A DNA stretch of 64,000 nucleotides from Laetmonice hystrix (taxonomy: Eukaryota): assembly GCA_965235115.1 (NCBI GenBank), contig OZ249439.1, positions 23,684,001 to 23,748,000 on the forward strand, read 5' to 3'. A program made the translations under genes and the position numbers. The notes beneath the pieces were generated by a model, which saw only the letters and a list, made by a program, of their open reading frames with translations, made no database searches and had not been told where the DNA came from. This document shows, piece after piece, positions 1 through 8,639 of this stretch (its first letter is position 1; every line of letters starts with the position of its first letter).

Positions 1-835
1 GAGACGGTGTGGCTGGAGTGGGGGAAAATGGACTAAGGTGTTAAATATGGGCAAAGAGGGGAGGCGAGACATAACACAGTATATAGTTGATAATGAAATA
101 TATTGGTCACTTCACGGTCCCTGACCCGTTGTGGTTGGCGGCTTACCTGTTTCATGTGCACGTCATTTACAAATCAAGATAGCGGGTTTAGACAGAGGGA
201 GGGGGGTACATCTCTTGGGAGAGCGCCACTCCTTTGGGAGGCGAGCCAGCTAGCAACACACACCGCGGAACAGCAGGGTAGGTCTTCGGCGCAGAAGGTA
301 GCACTGGGTTGGAAGGCTCGGCATTGACCTATCAGTCGCCAGCCTCAGCCGGACCAGGTTGCCGAATGCACTTCCGCTGCTGGAAACTGAAGAATCTCTT
401 GTAGACCAGTGCCGCCAACTGCGCGCTTACTCCGCTCTCCCGACTGCTGCTCTACTGCTGCTCTACTGCTGCTCTACTGCTGCTCAGGCGGGTGGTGGTG
501 CTGGCTGCCGTCCCATCGGAGAGGGTGGATCACTCTCCCCGAATACAGGGCGTGCAGGCCCTTATAAAGGGGAGGGGGGCTGCAGCCTACAAGGCCGGCG
601 ACCAGTGAGGGGCAGCCCTCTCCACCCGGCCAGCGGGGCTGACCAATGGGCAAGCATCCCCCCAGGAGTGGCCTGAGATTGACGTCTCAGCTCCCCACTT
701 GGCCACGCCCACGCACGCACAGTCTGGACACTGGCGGTGGGAGGGAGGCCACCACGGTCACCGGCACATACACTAGAATAAGGCCTTACAATAAACTTAA
801 GGGAAAAATGCACACACAAACCCAAAATCGCCACA
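1..835 (-). repeat. 3' LTR (truncated by window edge)
   Basis: Matches 10479-11313 at offset 10478 with no difference seen by eye; the ORF-track translations of both copies are identical; ends ...CGCCACA next to the PPT. Confidence 0.97.
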
Positions 836-850
836 TCCCACCCTACCTTC
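836..850 (-). promoter_or_regulatory. Polypurine tract (PPT)
   Basis: Minus strand GAAGGTAGGGTGGGA immediately precedes the TGTGGCG start of the 3' LTR. Confidence 0.85.
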
Positions 851-939
851 GTAAAAACTCGTCCTCGAGTTTAAGGCAAGGAGGGAACCACATAAACGGG
901 AGTACAATCAAAGCTAAGGTCAACAAGAACGTTGACTGA

Positions 940-1038
940 CAAAAGTATACTTACAAAAGTACGCTTAAAAACACTCACAAAAGTATACTTACAAAAGTAC
1001 GCTTAAAAACACTCACAAAAGTATACTTACAAAAGTAC
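940..1038. repeat. 38-bp tandem repeat (~2.6 copies) in the retrotransposon 3' UTR
   Basis: caaaagtatacttacaaaagtacgcttaaaaacactca starts at 940 and 978, with a partial copy at 1016. Confidence 0.9.
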
Positions 1039-1078
1039 TGTAAAAAGAACTCCTTGGCCTAACACCTGCTTTAATAAC

Positions 1079-1482
1079 TGACCCAAGGAAAAGTAAACGA
1101 TGGGGAGAGGGGCTGATCTGCCTCTCCCTCTCCAGCGGTGGGGTCACACGACAAAACTCTACTTTAACACTGGCCCAGAAAATTAAAAATAACGACTAAG
1201 GGGCTAGTCTGCCTCAGTCTCCAGCGTTGGGGCCTGTAAAACAAAATACGTTAACACAATAATTACATCCTGTCAATCTAACACCGGCCCAGAAAATTAA
1301 AATAACGACTAAGGGGCTAGTCTGCCTCAGTCTCCAGCGTTGGGGCCTGTAAAACAAAATTAACACGAATATCAAGTCCTGACAGTCTGCTTTAAAGTTT
1401 AAACACTTGTGGCTCAGAAAAATACAAAATAGCTACTGGGGCAGGGTGCTAATCTACTCTGCCCCCTCCAGCGTTGGAGCCA
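1079..1482 (-). ncRNA. Four tandem copies of an unnamed structured (pseudoknot) RNA motif in the retrotransposon 3' UTR
   Basis: Copies at 1079-1146, 1172-1234, 1286-1347, 1410-1482. Three different P1 and three different P2 stem sequences all keep base pairing; invariant GCUGG can pair with loop YYAGC. Confidence 0.7.
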
Positions 1483-1502
1483 ATACACTTTATCTTTACA
1501 CT

Positions 1503-1892
1503 TTACATAGACGGGGTCGCCGGAGATTCTAAAGACACAAGAGCCGAGCGCAAGACGTCAATGGCCCTTTGCTGCCTGCTGCCGTTCCTGACCTGTCCCT
1601 CCAACTCGTGGATCCGACCCTGCCGGGCGTCGATGGCCTGTTGATGGGCCGTTCCTAGGTCTTGCAGGTGGAGCTCGTAAAGCTGCTCCCGCCTATTCCA
1701 ATACGCCCGTTGTCGCGTTGTCAGGAACTCCTGTAGATCTCTGGCGTAGCAGAGCCACTCCTCAATACTAGCCAGCTGCTGCTGCAGCTGGGTCAGATGC
1801 AGCCCGCGTCCCTCCCTGTCAGCCGGGACGGGCTGAGCGTCGAGTGCCGGTGTGACCAGACTCTCAGACGGGGGGGCGCGTGGGTGACCCAT
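1503..1892 (-). CDS. Accessory ORF of the retrotransposon (helical/coiled-coil, not env); possibly the C-terminal part of a longer interrupted ORF starting at 2322
   Basis: 129-aa ORF with heptad-like L/Q/E/R-rich segment (LTQLQQQLASIEEW...IHELEGQV), no hydrophobic TM segment, in a GC-rich island within otherwise AT-rich 3' sequence. Confidence 0.55.
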   Translation of the reverse strand: MGHPRAPPSESLVTPALDAQPVPADREGRGLHLTQLQQQLASIEEWLCYARDLQEFLTTRQRAYWNRREQLYELHLQDLGTAHQQAIDARQGRIHELEGQVRNGSRQQRAIDVLRSALVSLESPATPSM

Positions 1893-2550
1893 TCCTAAGT
1901 TGGGGAGTTGGTGCTGGGGTGGCCGCCGGACGCCCTACTGTGGACGCCGCTGGTGTCTGGCCCTGCGGTGGGGGGTTCTGGGGAGGACCCTCCCTGGTTG
2001 GAGGTCTGTCTGTAGATTCCCGATGATTCCTGCCTGACGGTCCCGATGGTGCCGGCCTAGAGTGCCGTGGTGACCCTCGGCGGCCCATCTCTCTCTCTGC
2101 CGACGGTGGCTGGCCTCACGGGGGTGCCCAGGCTGCCCTCCGGTGCGTGCTCCTCGGTGGCCGGGCCGAGTTCGGTCGGCCAGGTGGGGCCTGTCTCTGC
2201 TGGTCGGGGGTCGGCGCTGCCCTCCCTGGGGGCGTGTGACGTCGGGGTTCGGCTGGCCTCCCCTGGCCGCCGCTAGTTTCTCCGTCAAAATCGGTGCCCG
2301 CGTGAATCTCAATAGTGTCCATGACAGCAACTTAGAATGACTTGTTATATCGACCTAGTACAACTCTAGAATGAGCGTCAGTCTCTCCAGCCCTACATAA
2401 TTATACCCTCCAAACTAGGCAAGTAATAAATAGAAGCCTTGTTTAACTTTTATACCTTTTGTAATTTGACACTTTCTTTGCTAACTTGGGGGTTTCACAT
2501 CCTACCCGGTCGTCTCGGCGGGCAGGCAACATCATCCTCACCGCAACTAA

Positions 2551-2660
2551 CGGTTGTCCATAAAAGTATCAGGCTGCTGAGGGTTGTCCATAAAAGTATC
2601 CGACTGCTGATGGTTGTCCATAAAACCACCCGGTTTTGTGTAGTAGTCCCTAAAACAATT
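2551..2660. repeat. 30-bp tandem repeat (3 copies plus a degenerate 4th)
   Basis: ggttgtccataaaagtatc...ctgctga at a 30-bp period. Confidence 0.85.
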
Positions 2661-4589
2661 AGTGGGGGGGTGTCGGCGGCAGATCAACAGATCAAGGGGA
2701 CTTGCCGCAGTCCGTCCTGTGCGCTGGAGGACGACCCCCTGCCGGGGCCTGGACCACGGGGAGGGTGGCGGTGCCACCACGCTGGCCCCCTCATGGCACC
2801 TAACTGGGCATGACCAACAGACAAACACCCTTCCTCTAGTCTCCAATCAACTAGTTAGTAATACAAAACTACCTAACTACCCATCATATATAGATGGAAT
2901 CTGTGTCCCGCGGAGTTTCCTACCGACCATATTACGTCATACTACAAACTCCAATAATAACTGTTTTGAAACTATAGGCTTCCCTTAATGCTTCGCTCCA
3001 CATGGGGCTCTGTAATAGGACTCAAGTCATATGCAAAAACTGGTGGTCGAATACCTTCAACCTTCCATAAACACGATAAATATGTGAGAAATAATCACAC
3101 CTAAAAGACTAATTCAAACAACTGAAATACATAATGTGCTTGCCGCCATATCACTGTCCACCAAATACATGTACATGTGTATGTACTCAGTAACCCTACC
3201 TAACAGGGAAACTGTCACTGAAATAGGTCCCTTGACTTATTCTAACTGGTCCTGGTTAAAACAGGGATCACACCCACTGACATAGAATATAAAATATTTC
3301 CGTGATCAACTACAAGGACAAAAACTGGCTTAGTCCATAATATAAGAGCGACTATGAGTTCCATGACCCATCTTCACGTAGCTATATCCAAATAGTACAA
3401 TCAAAAATAATAATAAAAAAAACAAACCTGGAGTAACCGCTCAACTCTAGGAAACGTATATCAACGCACAACATCATCTTTCTGGCCAAGTAGCGGCCTA
3501 TATACCCCAGGACCTTTGTCCTGTATCCTCAACGAATATTCACTTTACACATTAAATTTACAAAGGCACTTGCCTATCCGTCTTCACCTATCATATCTTG
3601 TTTCTGCAGAAACCTGGCACCTCCTAACCGACACATAAGTACACCCATTAACACCATCAATAGCCAGCGATAATACACACACCACACACCAACCCTTGTT
3701 AGCTATCCAACTCTCCCCTCATAAAACATTTCCAAGGGATGCTCCTCATCAGAGCCGTCCTGCCGCTAGGATGTAACTCTCCCACACTAGATGTCTTTGA
3801 TGACCGGCGATGTGGTCAGCTCACTGACCGCTCTGTTCTACTGCACTTCACACCTCATCTAATCACTTTGCACTCTTGACCTACCCCGTTGATCAGACAA
3901 CAACTGCGAAAAATTGGAAACTTGCACTCCACACACTCTGTACTAGAATTCACAATAAATAGGTTACATTCACCTGCAACATGTACCTCAAACTGAAGGA
4001 AACAACTTTTGTAGACAAAACACCTGTGTCTACATTTTCACTCTTTAGACTGACTCAGTCCAAATATTCCTCTGATGTTTTTAACTGTATGTCAGTCCTC
4101 AAAGGTCCCAACCTCAACGGATGCCTTCCCTATCACTCAATAAAAAAGATACTGCACCCTCGTGCGACAAAATCAACCACAGCCACAGCTCACTGCTGCT
4201 TCCTTAGCTGTCCATAATGAGTGATAGAGGATCAACCTGACAGCTTGTCCCGATACCAAGAAAAGATAAAACCCTAAGTCTAGCCGCAACTCATTGCTGC
4301 ATCCGTGGCTACCACTGGCGCTTCTCATGGAACGTACGACACTGAATAAAATATATAAAAAAAATGCACCGAACCTATTGCAGACGAGACAACAAAAGTC
4401 TATACTTTGGGACTCACACACACATCAGGCAGACTCTCGACTGCTTACTAATCTCTTCAACTATTTCAACAACCTGGGCGTACATGTGTGAATACACTAG
4501 TTAACACCACTACTCCTTCCCTTTCTTTCATCTCTCGCAGTTATCATCCCTCCTGTTCAAACGTTACTTGGCGGTCTATTCGTTATACT

Positions 4590-7500
4590 TTAATCGTCAT
4601 TTTCAGAGCTTTCAGTTGTGGTTTCGCTGTCACCGTGGTGTGCTGTATCGTCTGGTGCGGCGGTGTTGGGGGCGGGTCCCGGTTCTACTGGCACCCAGGG
4701 GTCAGGGAGGTCATTCTGACAACAGACCTTCAACGAGTCGATGTGTACGATTTTTGTTTTGCCACCTGGCTTAAGCTGTATTTCTAGGTTTAATTGGGAA
4801 ATCTGTTTGACCACTAAGTAGGGGCCCGTCCATCCGGTACCAAGCTTGACCTTTGCTCGTGGGGGGTACCAATACCACACAAATTGCCCAACTTTCATCT
4901 GTCGTTCTCTAACGAGCTTATCATAGCCCCGCCGCTGCCTGAGAGACGCCTTGCCCAGTTCCTCCCGAGCCACCTGATGGGCTGTCTCCAGAGACTGACG
5001 GAGCCACTCGGTGTACATTGTGGGGCAGGCGGGGGTATCCTCCCTTGGTCGGCCCATCACCACGTCGAGGGGGACGGCCACCTCCCTACCCAGCATCAGT
5101 TTGTTGGGGGAGAGACGGGTGCTCTCGTGAGCAGTGGCTCTGTAAGCCAGCATGACGAATGGCAGCAAGTCATCCCAGTCGTCCCTATTTTCATTCACAT
5201 AGGCCTTTAACATCCCCTGAAGAGTTCGGTTGAATCTTTCAACCTGTGGGTTGCCCTGGGGATGGTAGGATGATGTCCGGGTTTTCTCTATTCCTAGAAG
5301 GGAACACATTTGTTGAAACAACTTGGATTCAAAATCCCTTCCCTGGTCCGAGTGAAGGATACGGGGCATCCCAAAACGACAAAAAAAATTTGTAACGAGT
5401 GCGTCAGCGACACTTTGTGCGGTTTGGTCTGGTAAAGCATATGCCTCCGTCCACTTGCTAAAATGACACGTAGCTACAAGGATAACCTTATTGCCGTTGG
5501 CTGTTTTGGGGAGTTCCCCCAGGATGTCAATAGAAACTCTCTCCATAGGGTAACCTGCAAAATCTTGTTTGAGGGGGGCGCGCCCCCTGGGGGGACCATC
5601 TTTTGTTCGGCAGCATACTTCGCACTTGGCACACCAACTGATGACATCATTTTTGTAACCTCCCCAATAAAACCTTTGCTTTATGCTGGCGAGGGACTTA
5701 TTTATACCCAGATGGCCACCAGTCTTGTTGTTATGTAGTTGTTTCATAACCATTGGCCTCATGTTCGTGGGGACCACTAGTTGTGCATACCCAGTGCCAC
5801 CCAAGGGTGCCAACCGGTACAAGATACCATTGATTAATTTCAGCCTCTCCCACTGTGACCACATATCCTTGACCTCTTGACCCCATGGCTTTACAACTTG
5901 ATAGGGGGGTTTCCCTTCGTCCATCCATTTGAGTATTTGTGATATACTCTTGTCTGCTGCCTGGCTAGTTTTAATGTCCTCTCCGCTCAGTCCCTGTAAC
6001 CAATTACCGTGGCCCAGCCACTCAGGTTCAGGGGAGGGTGGGGCGGGAACAGCGCCGCCATTGTCCACCTCATTGCTCCCACCACTGGCATGATCCGGTC
6101 GGCCCTCGACCACATCGTCTTCATTGCCACTGGCCTCATCTCCCTCATCTTTATTGCTACTGGCCTCATCTCCCTCATCTTCATTGCCGCTGGACTCACT
6201 TCCCTCCGACTCGCGTCCAGGGTCAACTGGCGCCCTTTGATCTCGCCGCCTGGCCTGGGCTCTGGTGGTGGCCGCCACCATGTGACTGCATGGAGGGGTG
6301 TCCACCGCGGGGGTGGAGCACTGTGGACAACCAACACGAAGGCAGGGCTTGGCCCTCCTCCCCCCAGGCCCCCTGCTTAGAGCGTCTGCATTCCCATGCC
6401 GTGGCCCTGGTCTATGCTCAATGGTAAAGTCGTAGGTTCCCAATACAGATAACCATCTTGCCAGCATCCCCTCTGGCTCCTTAAAGTTTCTGAGCCACCG
6501 CAGAGATGCGTGATCCGTGCGAACAGTGAACTTGCGCCCCCACAGAAAATGCCTGAACGTTTTAATGAACTTTACCACAGCCAGCAGTTCTCTATATGTT
6601 GTGCAATAGGCCCTCTGTGTCTTGCTTAACGATTTACTGTCGTAGCAAATTACTCGTTCTGATTCTCCCTGTCGCTGCGACAAAACTGCCCCAATCGCGA
6701 AACCACTGGCGTCAACATCCAAGATAAAGGGATCGGAGGGCGTGGGGTAGGAGAGTACTGGGGAATTGGTGAGGAGATCCTTTAATTGTTGGAACGCGGT
6801 TTGACATGACTCGTCCCAATGGAATTTACACCCTTTTTCTGTCAGTCTATGAAGTGGGGCTGCCACCGACGCGAAGTTGGGGATGAATTTCCTGTAATAG
6901 GAGGCGAGGCCGAGAAAACTTCGCACGTCTGAAACGGAACGAGGGGTTGACCAATCCTTTACAGCTGAAACCTTGTCTGGATCACAGCGTACCCCATCTG
7001 CCGACACGATATGTCCTAGGTACTTAACGCTCCGTTGAAACAATAGGCACTTGTCTGGCCGAAGCTTGAGGTCGGCCTGGCGGAGCCGGGTTAGTACAAG
7101 TTTCAGATTACTCTTGGTGGCCGCAAATGAGTTTCCAGGGACCAGGAGATCGTCCAGAAACGACTGGCATCTTTTCCAGTGGACCCCGTGCAGCATCAGC
7201 TCCACCAGGCGCTGAAAAGTTGCCGGCGCGTTCGCCAACCCAAATGGCATTACATTGAACTCATATAAACCTCTGTGTGTGGCGAATGCTGTCTTAGGCC
7301 GGTCAGATTCAGACATAGGACACTGCCAGAATCCAGCCGCCATATCCAACAAATTATACCAGGTGGCGCCCCCTAGTGTATCTAACGTTTCCGCAATATT
7401 AGGGAGGGGGTAACTATCCTTCCTTGTCTTGTCATTCAGCTGACGGTAATCAACGCAAAAACGGACCCCACCATTTTTCTTACGGACTAGCACCACAGGT

Positions 7501-8618
7501 GACGACCAAGGGCTGTTGCTTGGTCTGATTATCCCCTCGTCGAGCATCTTGTTAATTTCACCATCTACAACTTCCCTCATCGCAATGGGGACCCTCCTGG
7601 GGGGCTGTTTTATGGGCCTAGCATCGCCCGTGTCAATAGTGTGTTCCACCAAGTCCGTCTGCCCAAGCTTTCCATCAGGCCCCATAAACACATCTCTAAA
7701 CTCAAACAAAATCTTTGCCACCTCCCGCCTTTGATCTGATGTGACGTCACTGGGGAGGTTATCAAGTATCGGCTGGAGATGGGGAGGCAGGGTCCACCCC
7801 GGCCGCGGGGGGTCCTCCTCAAGGACGCCAGCCGCGATGTCCACCTCCCCACAGCAGGTGGCATGGGTGTCTGAAAGTGAGTCAGCGGCCAGCAGCTCAG
7901 CGGGGACGACGACCGCAAGGTGGCGACCAGCCTTTATGCAAATATCCTCCCCTCCCACGTTCAGCACGGGCAGGGGGAACTCCGCCGCCGAGGTGTCAAT
8001 TAAGGCTCTGCCGATTACCAGCTCGCCTAGTCCGACCTGACTCCTGGGCTCCACCATCCCTATTTGTTTTGGGAACATCGCTGCCCCCTTTTCTGCACTG
8101 GCCCAGAGAATGGCCTCCTGTCCTGGCTCAATGACAACATCCTCACTCGCGCACACGTGTGCACACGATCTCACATCCCCAGGACGCATGAACACTGCCT
8201 CGCCATTCAGCCTGATGATTTCCTTACTCAAATCGATCACACCATTTTGTTTTATCAGAAAATCCAAACCCAAGACACCCTGAAGACCAGTTATATCAGC
8301 CACCACCGTTTCCTGTTCATACTCTCTGCCCTGTATGCCGAATATCATACTCGTTTTTCCATACACGTCCAGACGATCCCCATTAACTGCCTGTAGTGTA
8401 GAACCGCTATGAACTATCTCTGCCAAACTACCTACTTTCTCAAAAACTGCTCTGTCAATAAGCGTTACAGATGAACCTGTGTCAACGAGCATCTCAACTG
8501 TGACACCACAAATATATACCACAACATACCTACAGCTTCCCTTTTCCAGTCCCCAGATCAACTCGATTTTATTTGACCTATGTTGCTCAGATACACTAGC
8601 TGGCTTGTTGGTCGTCAA
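4590..8618 (-). CDS. pol: Pol polyprotein (aspartic protease, dUTPase-like remnant, RT, RNase H, integrase); expressed by -1 frameshift from gag, true start at the slippery site ~8639
   Basis: 1342-aa open frame: LVDTGS protease; RT motifs (CVDYRQLN, MPFGLANAPATF, FLDD, YLGH); RNase H (DVDASGFAIGAVL, NADALSR); integrase HHCC and D,D,E region (HSDQG, VER). The track's 'M' is a TTG. Confidence 0.97.
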   Translation of the reverse strand: MTTNKPASVSEQHRSNKIELIWGLEKGSCRYVVVYICGVTVEMLVDTGSSVTLIDRAVFEKVGSLAEIVHSGSTLQAVNGDRLDVYGKTSMIFGIQGREYEQETVVADITGLQGVLGLDFLIKQNGVIDLSKEIIRLNGEAVFMRPGDVRSCAHVCASEDVVIEPGQEAILWASAEKGAAMFPKQIGMVEPRSQVGLGELVIGRALIDTSAAEFPLPVLNVGGEDICIKAGRHLAVVVPAELLAADSLSDTHATCCGEVDIAAGVLEEDPPRPGWTLPPHLQPILDNLPSDVTSDQRREVAKILFEFRDVFMGPDGKLGQTDLVEHTIDTGDARPIKQPPRRVPIAMREVVDGEINKMLDEGIIRPSNSPWSSPVVLVRKKNGGVRFCVDYRQLNDKTRKDSYPLPNIAETLDTLGGATWYNLLDMAAGFWQCPMSESDRPKTAFATHRGLYEFNVMPFGLANAPATFQRLVELMLHGVHWKRCQSFLDDLLVPGNSFAATKSNLKLVLTRLRQADLKLRPDKCLLFQRSVKYLGHIVSADGVRCDPDKVSAVKDWSTPRSVSDVRSFLGLASYYRKFIPNFASVAAPLHRLTEKGCKFHWDESCQTAFQQLKDLLTNSPVLSYPTPSDPFILDVDASGFAIGAVLSQRQGESERVICYDSKSLSKTQRAYCTTYRELLAVVKFIKTFRHFLWGRKFTVRTDHASLRWLRNFKEPEGMLARWLSVLGTYDFTIEHRPGPRHGNADALSRGPGGRRAKPCLRVGCPQCSTPAVDTPPCSHMVAATTRAQARRRDQRAPVDPGRESEGSESSGNEDEGDEASSNKDEGDEASGNEDDVVEGRPDHASGGSNEVDNGGAVPAPPSPEPEWLGHGNWLQGLSGEDIKTSQAADKSISQILKWMDEGKPPYQVVKPWGQEVKDMWSQWERLKLINGILYRLAPLGGTGYAQLVVPTNMRPMVMKQLHNNKTGGHLGINKSLASIKQRFYWGGYKNDVISWCAKCEVCCRTKDGPPRGRAPLKQDFAGYPMERVSIDILGELPKTANGNKVILVATCHFSKWTEAYALPDQTAQSVADALVTNFFCRFGMPRILHSDQGRDFESKLFQQMCSLLGIEKTRTSSYHPQGNPQVERFNRTLQGMLKAYVNENRDDWDDLLPFVMLAYRATAHESTRLSPNKLMLGREVAVPLDVVMGRPREDTPACPTMYTEWLRQSLETAHQVAREELGKASLRQRRGYDKLVRERQMKVGQFVWYWYPPRAKVKLGTGWTGPYLVVKQISQLNLEIQLKPGGKTKIVHIDSLKVCCQNDLPDPWVPVEPGPAPNTAAPDDTAHHGDSETTTESSENDD

Positions 8619-8639
8619 GCCAGCCTGCCTTAGTTTCCC
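8599..8639 (-). promoter_or_regulatory. -1 programmed ribosomal frameshift signal
   Basis: Slippery heptamer G GGA AAC (8639-8633) directly before the gag TAA; 8-nt spacer; perfect 9-bp stem GCTGGCTTG/CAAGCCAGC (8624-8599); pol lies in the -1 frame and is open through it. Confidence 0.88.

Noticed and set aside
103-939. Short ORFs in the LTRs (also 10581-11390)
   Set aside because: GC-rich LTR sequence, overlapping frames on both strands, no motifs.
1079-1482. Assignment of the RNA motif to hammerhead, HDV-like, twister or pistol ribozymes
   Set aside because: Core consensus residues and helix order do not match any of them as far as I can read; left unassigned.
1503-2330. env gene
   Set aside because: No signal peptide, furin site/fusion peptide or TM helix in any frame.
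4590-4900. Chromodomain at the integrase C-terminus
   Set aside because: The tail after the WTGPY motif is short and P/T/E/D-rich, with no chromodomain aromatic pattern.
6100-6350. Novel domain between RNase H and integrase (CLRVGCPQC + acidic 10-aa repeats)
   Set aside because: A Cys motif after ADALSR is common in metazoan Gypsy pol, and the acidic stretch is a 30-bp in-frame repeat in a variable linker.
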